Part shown: positions 16,131-23,156 of the stretch, in pieces
How the letters are laid out: each line of letters starts with the position of its first letter
Position numbering within the stretch: the stretch's first letter is position 1
Origin: Bacillus subtilis subsp. subtilis str. 168
GTDB taxonomy: Bacteria; Bacillota; Bacilli; Bacillales; Bacillaceae
Length of the DNA stretch: 32,000 nt
Assembly: GCF_000009045.1 (NCBI RefSeq)
Contig: NC_000964.3
Coordinates: 390,001 to 422,000 of the forward strand
Direction of reading: 5' to 3'
Translations under genes and position numbers: made by a program
Notes under the pieces: model-generated
The model's input: only the letters and a program-made list of their open reading frames with translations
Databases searched by the model: none
Told to the model about the DNA's origin: nothing

Positions 16131-17465
16131 ATGGAGAAATATATGAGTCTATTAACGAGGATAGAGGAGATGATGCAAAGCACCTCATATCAAGAAGGAG
16201 ACAGGCTTCCATCTATCCGTCAGCTGTCCGCCCGCTACCAAGTCAGCAAAAGCACAGTGATCCGCGCGCTGCAGGAGCTGGAAAAGCGCCACCTTATCTA
16301 TTCTGTTCCGAAAAGCGGCTATTATATTGTGAAAAAGTCAGGGAAATCAAAAAGCGGGCAGCCTGGCCCCATCGACTTTGCCACATCTGCGCCGGATCCC
16401 GATGTGTTTCCGTATCTTGATTTTCAGCACTGCATCAACAAAGCGATTGATACATACAAAAACGATTTGTTTATTTATGGGACGCCAAAGGGGCTTCCAT
16501 CACTCATCCGCGTACTCCGAAAGCTCTTGGCCACTCAACAGGTATTTGCGGATGAACGGCATATTTTCATTACATCAGGTGTCCAGCAGGCGTTATCCTT
16601 GCTTTGTGCCATGCCGTTCCCAAATGGGAAAGAGAAGATCGCCATTGAACAGCCGGGCTACCATTTGATGGTCGAACAGCTTGAGACACTTGGGATTCCC
16701 GCCATCGGGGTGAAACGAACGGAAGAAGGGCTTGATATAGCCAAGGTTGAGCGGTTATTTCAAACAGAATCGATTAAATTTTTTTATACGATGCCGCGCT
16801 TCCATAACCCGCTTGGGTGCTCATTGTCAGAGCGTGATAAACAGGAGCTTGTGAGACTGGCAGAAGCGTATGATGTCTATCTCGTTGAGGATGATTACCT
16901 CGGTGATCTGGAGGAAAATAAAAAGGCAGATCCGCTGTACGCATATGATCTGTCCTCACATGTCATCTATTTGAAAAGCTTCTCGAAAATGATGTTCCCC
17001 GGCCTCCGCGTGGGGGCGGCTGTTTTGCCCGAAGCGCTGACTGACACGTTCTATGCGTACAAAAAGCTGAACGACATCGACTGTTCGATGATTTCTCAAG
17101 CGGCATTGGAGATTTACCTGAAAAGCGGTATGTACGGCAGGCATAAGGAGAAAATCAGAGATTCTTATAAAGAGCGGTCGCTGAGGCTACATCAAGCCAT
17201 TCGAACTCACAGGCAGCTGGGAAGCGGACGCTTTACGTTCTCCAGCGGGCAGGCACCCTGTATGCACACCCATCTGGTGCTTCCTCAGGATCTGCCCGCC
17301 TCAAGAGTGATTCATAGACTGGAAAAACAAGGGGTTCTCCTTGAGGCGATAGACCGTCATTATTTATCAGATTATCCGAAAGAAAATCTATTAAAAATCA
17401 ATATTTCCAATGTGAAAACGGAAGATATTGAGCGCGGTGTCAAGCTGTTGATGAGCCATTTATAA
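16131..17465 (+). CDS. ycxD: MocR/GabR-type regulator (GntR winged-helix N-domain fused to a fold-type I aminotransferase-like domain)
   Basis: 444-aa ORF. The N-terminus (GDRLPSIRQLSARYQVSKSTVIRALQELE) is a GntR HTH. The C-domain carries the PLP-lysine context YLKSFSKMMFPGLRVG. An alternative ATG is at 16143. Confidence 0.9.
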   Translation: MEKYMSLLTRIEEMMQSTSYQEGDRLPSIRQLSARYQVSKSTVIRALQELEKRHLIYSVPKSGYYIVKKSGKSKSGQPGPIDFATSAPDPDVFPYLDFQHCINKAIDTYKNDLFIYGTPKGLPSLIRVLRKLLATQQVFADERHIFITSGVQQALSLLCAMPFPNGKEKIAIEQPGYHLMVEQLETLGIPAIGVKRTEEGLDIAKVERLFQTESIKFFYTMPRFHNPLGCSLSERDKQELVRLAEAYDVYLVEDDYLGDLEENKKADPLYAYDLSSHVIYLKSFSKMMFPGLRVGAAVLPEALTDTFYAYKKLNDIDCSMISQAALEIYLKSGMYGRHKEKIRDSYKERSLRLHQAIRTHRQLGSGRFTFSSGQAPCMHTHLVLPQDLPASRVIHRLEKQGVLLEAIDRHYLSDYPKENLLKINISNVKTEDIERGVKLLMSHL

Positions 17466-18135
17466 AAGCTCTTCGTACGAGACCATTGTGATATCCTCGG
17501 GGAAATCAGGGTGTACGGCGCATACAGCCATTTTGTAGCCGGGATCGACCTCATACGTTTTGATATAGCATGGGGAATGGCTGTCCGGAAGCTCAATGGA
17601 TACTTGTCCGTCCTGGTGCAGGCGCACTGAAAAGGAATCAAGCGGAAGCGATAAGCCTTTGCCTTCCTTGTTTGATAAAGCTTTCTTTCATTGACCATAG
17701 ATGATAAAAATAGTCTGTCTGCTCGTCCTTGTCTTTTGCTAAAAGGTCGCTGTACTCTGTTTTTGAAAAGAAGCGCTTGGCGATCTCAAGGCTGATCGGT
17801 TTCGTTTTTTCGATATCTATGCCGATCGGCTGTGAATCAAACGCGCAAATGACCCAGCGTCCGGAGTGAGAAATGTTGAAATGAGCGTCGGGAAGATCAG
17901 GGATGCACGGCTTCCCGTATTCCTGCGTGCTAAAGCGGATATCGGATTTGTCCAACTGATACTGCCTGCTTATGACTGAGCGAACGAGCACATCTCCCAG
18001 CAGGGTGCGGTGAGCATCTTCTTTATGATAAAATCTCCGGCATTTCTCCCGTTTTTCAGGTGATATGAAAGACATGAACCGTTCATTTTCTTCCTGTGAA
18101 AGCGGGCGGTCCATATAAATTCCGTAAATCTTCAT
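17460..18135 (-). pseudogene. sfp: 4'-phosphopantetheinyl transferase Sfp, inactivated by a +1 frameshift (sfp0 allele)
   Basis: Frame 1 (18135 to 17638) gives MKIYGIYMDRPLSQEENERF...HLWSMKESFIKQ, then GRQRLIASA and a stop (165 aa). Shifting one base at about 17668-17669 continues as EGKGLSLPLDSFSVRLHQDGQVSIELPDSHSPCYIKTYEVDPGYKMAVCAVHPDFPEDITMVSYEELL, ending at TAA 17462-17460. The span is 676 nt, which is 225 codons plus one extra base. Confidence 0.93.
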
Positions 18136-18206
18136 TCTAGATCCTCCGTCTGCAAAAGATTGTCAAAACCATCCTATCATACTTCCACAAGACTCATATA
18201 GAGGAG

Positions 18207-18240
18207 AAAATAAAAAAACAAAGCCAAGGCGGCTTTGTTT
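18207..18240 (-). terminator. Intrinsic terminator of yczE
   Basis: Perfect 10-bp stem (18216-18225 / 18231-18240), 5-nt loop, then UUUUAUUUU on the minus strand (18207-18215). The stem foot touches the yczE stop codon. Confidence 0.8.
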
Positions 18241-18887
18241 TAGTGTACAGGCGGAGATGCTTTCACTGCGGCTGTCCGCCTTGCCACAGCATAATTCAGC
18301 AACTGGATTGACTGGGGCAATGAAAAACGCAAAATAAGTCCGGTGAGGATGGCGGTCAAAATGGTGCCAAAACCGATCGGTCCGCCCATGCCCCATGCCG
18401 CAAACAAAATGGTTAATTCCATGCCGTTCCGCACCCATTGCACATTCCAGCCGGTTTTTTCTGTAATCAGCATCATCAGTGAATCACGCGGCCCCGCGCC
18501 AAGGCCTGCTGATACATAAACACCGACGCCGTAACCAATCAGCACCACGCCTAGAGAGAAGACGATGATCGAGCCTGTGTAGGTCGAGAGGGCAGGCAGA
18601 ATGAAATTGAAAAAATCTATAAATACACCAATGAGCACCATATTCAGGAGGGCACCAATTTTCGGCCAAGCTCTCGTAAACAATGACGTGAATCCGACGA
18701 TGAGCGCTCCAATAATGATGGACCACTGGCCGACGGTAAGCCCGAAGTGCTGAAACAGGCTGTAATGAAATGCATCCCACGGACTAATGCCGAGTGCTTT
18801 TCCTTCTATCGTCAGGGATACACCAAAAGCCAAAATGATCAAACCGGCAAAATAAAATGTCCAGCGCAGAACAAGTTCTTGCTTCAC
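18240..18887 (-). CDS. yczE: Integral membrane protein (YczE family)
   Basis: 215-aa polytopic ORF with a GTG start at 18887 and a purine-rich SD (agaaggga). It is adjacent to sfp, as in Bacillus genomes. Confidence 0.85.
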   Translation of the reverse strand: MKQELVLRWTFYFAGLIILAFGVSLTIEGKALGISPWDAFHYSLFQHFGLTVGQWSIIIGALIVGFTSLFTRAWPKIGALLNMVLIGVFIDFFNFILPALSTYTGSIIVFSLGVVLIGYGVGVYVSAGLGAGPRDSLMMLITEKTGWNVQWVRNGMELTILFAAWGMGGPIGFGTILTAILTGLILRFSLPQSIQLLNYAVARRTAAVKASPPVH

Positions 18888-18924
18888 GTGAGGTCCCTTC
18901 TTTCGTAAAAATCAGTCGATTGTC

Positions 18925-18953
18925 ATTGTAGCACATCTGACAGAAGGGCGGAA
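18925..18953 (-). promoter_or_regulatory. Candidate extended -10 promoter of yczE
   Basis: On the minus strand, TGcTACAAT (plus-strand 18925-18933) is paired with a weak -35 TTCCGC (18948-18953) at 17-bp spacing, about 30 nt upstream of the GTG. Confidence 0.45.
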
Positions 18954-18970
18954 TAGGCGAAAGGGGCTCA

Positions 18971-19004
18971 ACAAAAAAACAGGGCCGCCGGAGGCGCCCT
19001 GTTT
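18971..19004 (-). terminator. Strong intrinsic terminator (minus strand) just upstream of the yczE promoter
   Basis: GC-rich 13-bp stem with one bulge (18977-18989 / 18993-19004), loop GGA, followed on the minus strand by a U7 run (plus-strand A-run 18973-18979). Confidence 0.7.
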
Positions 19005-19127
19005 CAGCGTGTTGGCAAACCCTTGCATTCGTTGTCAGGCCTGTGCTTCGGTGCTCACGAATTTAACATTAGCTGTGCTCCAATGCTCGCCCTTCCTAGA
19101 CTTCAAAGGTTTTCAATCACGCTGAAA
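19002..19127. other. Candidate structured RNA domain closed by a 10-bp helix (strand unresolved)
   Basis: TTTCAGCGTG (19002-19011) pairs perfectly with CACGCTGAAA (19118-19127). Inside it, ATTCGT/ACGAAT (19027-19032 / 19057-19062) encloses a C(UUCG)G-capped hairpin (19043-54) whose two G-U pairs exist only in plus-strand RNA. No plausible ORF is present. Confidence 0.3.
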
Positions 19128-19167
19128 ATCACAAAATCCTAAAACGAATATCGTTTTAGGATTTTGT
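19125..19167 (-). terminator. Probable terminator of the tcyABC operon
   Basis: Perfect 17-bp A/U-rich stem (19131-19147 / 19151-19167), 3-nt loop, followed on the minus strand by GAUUUUC. It lies about 40 nt downstream of the tcyC stop. Confidence 0.6.
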
Positions 19168-19177
19168 CAATAATCTG

Positions 19178-19205
19178 AAACAGGGCGCTGACGCTCTGTT
19201 TTTCT
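19178..19205 (+). terminator. Terminator-like hairpin that is better formed on the plus strand
   Basis: 10-bp stem 19178-19187 / 19192-19201. Position 19184/19195 is G-U on the plus strand but an A-C mismatch on the minus strand. The T-run 19199-19203 is on the plus strand. No plus-strand gene lies upstream. Confidence 0.3.
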
Positions 19206-19207
19206 TA

Positions 19208-19951
19208 TTACAGCGGGTTCAAAATCCGGTTTAAGAACCGCTGTGTCCGTTCTTCTTTTGGTGCGGAGAAAATTTGCTCCGGCGGTCCCTGCTCCACGAT
19301 AACGCCGCCGTCGATGAAGATGACTTCATCCGCAACCTCCTGCGCGAACTTGATTTCGTGGGTCACGACGACCATGGTCCAGCCTTCATTGGCCAAGTCC
19401 TTGATAACCTTCAGCACCTCTCCGACAAGCTCGGGATCAAGCGCTGAGGTCGGTTCGTCAAACAGCATGAGCTCAGGCTGTATCGCCAGTGCGCGGGCGA
19501 TGCCGACGCGCTGCTGCTGGCCGCCGGAAAGCTGGAACGGATATAAATCCATTTTGTCCTTCAATCCGACTTTATCAAGAAGCTGAATCGCTTCTTTTCT
19601 GACTTCCTCTTTGTTCCGTTTTTGCACCTGAACAGGGCCCTCCATCACGTTTTCGAGGGCTGTGCGGTGCGGGAACAGGTGATACGCCTGAAACACCATT
19701 CCGGATTTTCGGCGAAGCTTTAGGATATCCGCCTGTTTCACCTTTTTGGAGAAATCGATGGAGAAATCATCAAATGCAAGCTCTCCGCGATTCGGGATCT
19801 CCAGAGCGTTCAGGCAGCGGAGCAGCGTCGTTTTCCCTGAACCTGAAGGCCCAAGTATGGCGATGACTTTTCCTTTTTCAATCTTCATATCTATCTTTTT
19901 TAAAATTTCATTTTCACCGAATGATTTGTTTAATCCTTTAACGGTAAGCAT
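19208..19951 (-). CDS. tcyC: Cystine ABC transporter ATP-binding protein
   Basis: Walker A GPSGSGKT, signature LSGGQQQR, Walker [13 protein letters not shown]. The ATG at 19951 (247 aa) is preceded by AAGGAGG. The track's 283-aa version begins at an upstream alternative codon inside tcyB. Confidence 0.93.
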   Translation of the reverse strand: MLTVKGLNKSFGENEILKKIDMKIEKGKVIAILGPSGSGKTTLLRCLNALEIPNRGELAFDDFSIDFSKKVKQADILKLRRKSGMVFQAYHLFPHRTALENVMEGPVQVQKRNKEEVRKEAIQLLDKVGLKDKMDLYPFQLSGGQQQRVGIARALAIQPELMLFDEPTSALDPELVGEVLKVIKDLANEGWTMVVVTHEIKFAQEVADEVIFIDGGVIVEQGPPEQIFSAPKEERTQRFLNRILNPL

Positions 19952-19964
19952 ACTCGGAACCTCC

Positions 19965-20669
19965 TTATTTGGCCACGTAGCGGTCAAGACGCCGTTCGAT
20001 GACATGCTGGACGAGTGAGAGCAGGAAGCAGATAATCCAATAAATAAAGGCTGCTTCAATATAGATCACTAAAATTTGATCAAGATTCCGCGCGCCGATT
20101 TCCTGGGCTTTTCTGAACAGCTCAGCGACCAGAATTTGAGAGGCGAGGGATGTATCTTTAATCAGGCTGATAAAGGTATTGGATAATGGCGGGATCGACA
20201 CACGAAACGCCTGCGGCAAAATGACGCGGAACAGCGTTTTTTGATGTGTCATGCCAATTGTGTAGCCGGCTTCCCATTGCCCTTTCGGCACGGATAAAAT
20301 AGATGCCCGAATGATTTCAGATGCATAGGCGCCGACGTTTAATGAAAAGGCGATAACTGCGCTTGGAAATGGATCTAATGTGACGTTAAAGGCCGGGAAC
20401 AGATAGAAAATGATGAACAATTGAACGAGAAGAGGAGTGCCGCGTATTGCGGATACGTATACGCTGAACACCCATCTCAAAGGTCTCACTTTCGACATTC
20501 TGGCAAGCGCCGTAATCAGCGCCAGGATCATTCCGAATATAAAGGAAAGAATCGTAAGGGGAATCGTATAGTAGATTCCCCCTGAAAGTATCGGCCAGAA
20601 TGACTGCTGCACCAGATCCCACGGGATCGCCGTGCCAAGCGTCAATGCCGGCAGATTATTTAGAAACAT
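19965..20669 (-). CDS. tcyB: Cystine/polar amino-acid ABC transporter permease
   Basis: 234-aa, 5-TM ORF of the HisM/GlnP type with an EAA-like loop ([22 protein letters not shown]). It overlaps the tcyA stop by 14 nt. Its stop overlaps the tcyC SD. Confidence 0.92.
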   Translation of the reverse strand: MFLNNLPALTLGTAIPWDLVQQSFWPILSGGIYYTIPLTILSFIFGMILALITALARMSKVRPLRWVFSVYVSAIRGTPLLVQLFIIFYLFPAFNVTLDPFPSAVIAFSLNVGAYASEIIRASILSVPKGQWEAGYTIGMTHQKTLFRVILPQAFRVSIPPLSNTFISLIKDTSLASQILVAELFRKAQEIGARNLDQILVIYIEAAFIYWIICFLLSLVQHVIERRLDRYVAK

Positions 20670-21462
20670 CTTCGCCGAACCATTTTTTAGAAATTTTAGA
20701 AAGAGTCCCGTCCTCTTTCATTTCTTTTAATGCTTTGTTGACTTGATCAACAACCTCGCCGCTTCCTTTACGGAACGTGAAATATGTTGACTGAGGCTCA
20801 CCTGTTTCAAACGCGATTTTCACGTTTTTATTGCCAGATGTTTTTAAGTAGTTCAATACGGCAAGCTTATCGTTGTATGTCATATCGACGCGGCCTTGCT
20901 GGATCATTTGAAGGGCCTGCGCCATGCCTTCAACGCCTTCTACTTTAGCGCCGGCATTTGTAGCTAATTTGTTGTAGTTGCTTGTCAGTGATTGAGCTGA
21001 CGTTTTTCCTTTTACATCTGCTTCAGACTTAATATCGTTGTTGTCTTTTTTCGTTACGACAACGGCTCTTGATGTTGTGTATTTATCTGAGAAATCATAT
21101 TTGTCTTCACGATCTGTTTTTCCGACTTGGTTGGCAACAACGTCAAACCGTTTGGAATTCAGGCCGGCAAACATACTGTCCCATTGTGTTTCCTTAAAGT
21201 CGACTTTAAGCCCGAGGCGTTTTGCGACTTCTGTGATAACTTCGACATCATAGCCAGTCAGTTTATCAGTGTCTTTGTCGTGGTAAGTGAACGGCTCATA
21301 TGTTCCTTCCGTTCCGACTGTGAGCACACCTTTTTTCTTAATTGAAGCCCAAAGATCGCCATCTTTGGCATTATCTTTTGACTGATTGTCATTTCCTGCT
21401 CCGCAAGCTGCAAGAGCTGCAATACTTACGACCATGAATAAAGCCAATAATGCTTTTTTCAT
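20656..21462 (-). CDS. tcyA: Cystine-binding lipoprotein (family 3 solute-binding protein)
   Basis: ATG 21462 gives MKKALLALFMVVSIAALAACGAG, with lipobox LAAC. The rest resembles a periplasmic amino-acid binding domain. The track start at 21474 is a GTG four codons upstream. Confidence 0.92.
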   Translation of the reverse strand: MKKALLALFMVVSIAALAACGAGNDNQSKDNAKDGDLWASIKKKGVLTVGTEGTYEPFTYHDKDTDKLTGYDVEVITEVAKRLGLKVDFKETQWDSMFAGLNSKRFDVVANQVGKTDREDKYDFSDKYTTSRAVVVTKKDNNDIKSEADVKGKTSAQSLTSNYNKLATNAGAKVEGVEGMAQALQMIQQGRVDMTYNDKLAVLNYLKTSGNKNVKIAFETGEPQSTYFTFRKGSGEVVDQVNKALKEMKEDGTLSKISKKWFGEDVSK

Positions 21463-21577
21463 CTTATTCCCCACTTTTCTGGTTGATTTTATTGAAATAA
21501 AAAATTAGCTTACAAATCTAAAGGATAACTTTTTTTTAGTATGAGTCAAGTATTTGGTTTTCATAAGACAAAATCTT

Positions 21578-22450
21578 TTAAAATAAATCCAAAAATTGCT
21601 GTGCCGGTTTAGGCAAATAACTGTCCGTTCTCCACATGACAGCCGGTGTCATAATGAAGGGATTATTTTCGATATGGACGGTGTGAACGTGATTTCTCAT
21701 ATGAACGGGAATCATTGTGACAGGCAAAATAGACGCGCCGAATCCGGATGACACGAGGCTGAGCAAAGTTGCAGAGTCGTGGCATTCACAAACAATGCGC
21801 GGCTCCAGGTTCAAACGATGAAATTCATTCATGACCTGATTATAGACGCCTTTTCCGTTGACAGGCCGCAGCAGGATCAGCGGAAATGAAGGAATGTCCA
21901 CCATCTTAATGGTGTCTCCGCACGGATATCCGGCTTCATCTGAAAGCACGAGCACACATGGAATGTCATCAAGCTGCTTGAATTGTACTGTGTCACTTTT
22001 GATCAGTGTTGTCGTGACCGCCGCATCGATTTGCCGGCTTTCCAGCAGTTCCAACAGTGTCGCGGGTTCATTTTCCCAAATATTAAAGGTGAGATGGGGG
22101 TATCTCTCTTTGATCTGTGTTACTTTTTCAAGCATCAGAGCCGCGCAATAAATCGTTGATCCCACGGCAAGTGTACCGGCTACTTCCTCCTTCAGCTCCT
22201 GTACCTCAATGACTGCATCTTCAAACCTATGCAGAATCTCTTTTGCTCTTTTTAGAAAAACAGCTCCTTCATATGTAAGAGTCATTTGTTTTTTCTTGTT
22301 ACGGTCAAACAGAACAACACCAAGTTCGTCCTCCAGCTGTTTGAGCTGCCTGCTTAAAGGCGGCTGCGCCATGTGAAGCTTTTTGGCTGCGGACGTAATT
22401 TTCTGTTCTTGGGCAATGGTAATGAAGTATCGAAGCTGGCGAATATCCAA
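21578..22450 (-). CDS. bsdA: LysR-type transcriptional regulator of the divergent decarboxylase operon
   Basis: The N-terminus, (M)DIRQLRYFITIAQEQKITSAAKKLHMAQPPLSRQLKQLE, is a LysR HTH. I chose TTG 22450, which lies 9 nt after AAGGAGG. The track's ATG at 22471 would place that SD inside the CDS. Confidence 0.88.
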   Translation of the reverse strand: MDIRQLRYFITIAQEQKITSAAKKLHMAQPPLSRQLKQLEDELGVVLFDRNKKKQMTLTYEGAVFLKRAKEILHRFEDAVIEVQELKEEVAGTLAVGSTIYCAALMLEKVTQIKERYPHLTFNIWENEPATLLELLESRQIDAAVTTTLIKSDTVQFKQLDDIPCVLVLSDEAGYPCGDTIKMVDIPSFPLILLRPVNGKGVYNQVMNEFHRLNLEPRIVCECHDSATLLSLVSSGFGASILPVTMIPVHMRNHVHTVHIENNPFIMTPAVMWRTDSYLPKPAQQFLDLF

Positions 22451-22469
22451 AAGAAAGCGCCTCCTTATC

Positions 22470-22484
22470 ATACCTTTTAGGTAT
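22470..22484. promoter_or_regulatory. LysR-type T-N11-A box (ATACC-N5-GGTAT)
   Basis: ATACCTTTTAGGTAT is an inverted repeat with the classic T-N11-A geometry in the bsdA-bsdB divergent region. It is followed by a direct ATAGAT repeat (22490-22495, 22499-22504). Confidence 0.55.
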
Positions 22485-22539
22485 TAATTATAGATTTAAT
22501 AGATATTTTTCATATGGATATATCAGGAGTATGATTGAA

Positions 22540-23154
22540 ATGAAAGCAGAATTCAAGCGTAAAGGAGGGGGCAAAGTGAAACTCGTTGTCGGAATGACAG
22601 GGGCAACAGGGGCCATTTTCGGGGTCAGGCTGCTGCAGTGGCTGAAGGCCGCCGGAGTGGAAACCCATCTCGTTGTGTCTCCTTGGGCAAACGTCACGAT
22701 CAAACACGAAACAGGCTATACGTTACAAGAAGTAGAACAACTGGCCACATACACTTACTCACATAAGGATCAGGCGGCAGCCATTTCAAGCGGGTCGTTT
22801 GATACCGATGGAATGATTGTTGCGCCGTGCAGCATGAAATCTCTCGCAAGCATTCGCACAGGAATGGCGGATAATCTGCTGACACGTGCGGCGGATGTCA
22901 TGCTCAAGGAGAGAAAAAAACTCGTCCTCTTAACGAGAGAGACGCCTTTGAACCAAATTCATCTCGAAAATATGCTAGCGCTTACGAAAATGGGCACCAT
23001 CATTCTTCCTCCGATGCCGGCATTTTATAATCGGCCGAGAAGCTTAGAGGAAATGGTTGACCATATTGTTTTTAGAACGTTGGACCAATTCGGCATTCGG
23101 CTTCCTGAAGCGAAGCGCTGGAATGGGATTGAAAAACAAAAAGGAGGAGCTTGA
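22540..23154 (+). CDS. bsdB: UbiX-family flavin prenyltransferase (phenolic acid decarboxylase subunit B)
   Basis: KLVVGMTGATGAIFGVRLLQ is the typical UbiX/Pad1 flavoprotein N-terminus. ATG 22540 lies 10 nt after AGGAG, whereas the track's ATG 22531 lies only 1 nt after it. Confidence 0.92.
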   Translation: MKAEFKRKGGGKVKLVVGMTGATGAIFGVRLLQWLKAAGVETHLVVSPWANVTIKHETGYTLQEVEQLATYTYSHKDQAAAISSGSFDTDGMIVAPCSMKSLASIRTGMADNLLTRAADVMLKERKKLVLLTRETPLNQIHLENMLALTKMGTIILPPMPAFYNRPRSLEEMVDHIVFRTLDQFGIRLPEAKRWNGIEKQKGGA

Positions 23155-23156
23155 TC

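Noticed and set aside
17372-17698. A 108-aa minus-strand ORF spanning the sfp frameshift region and the ycxD 3' end.
   Set aside because: It is in the third frame, which is neither of the two frames that encode the Sfp sequence. The true downstream Sfp frame is the one ending at 17460.
19005-19130. A type I toxin-antitoxin locus, suggested by outward-facing terminators on both strands.
   Set aside because: No hydrophobic 25-60-aa ORF with an SD exists on either strand. The longest candidates are a 19-aa polar peptide from ATG 19084 with no SD, and an SD-less reading frame of about 38 codons on the minus strand that runs through terminator H0 and the yczE promoter region.
18994-19188. The 14-bp terminal inverted repeat flanking an element of about 195 bp, considered as a MITE or other small mobile element.
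   Set aside because: The inverted repeat does not extend beyond 14 nt. There is no flanking target-site duplication. Both copies are halves of terminator hairpins, so RNA-structure explanations are more economical.
19952-20059. N-terminal extensions in the ORF track: tcyC to 20059, ycxA to 13160, tcyA to 21474, bsdA to 22471, bsdB to 22531, bsdC to 23151, bsdD to 24586, dtpT to 27722, gerKA to 30104.
   Set aside because: The track takes the most upstream ATG/GTG/TTG. In each case a downstream start has a properly spaced SD and gives the N-terminus typical of its family (lipoprotein signal, LysR MDIRQLRYF-type start, and so on).
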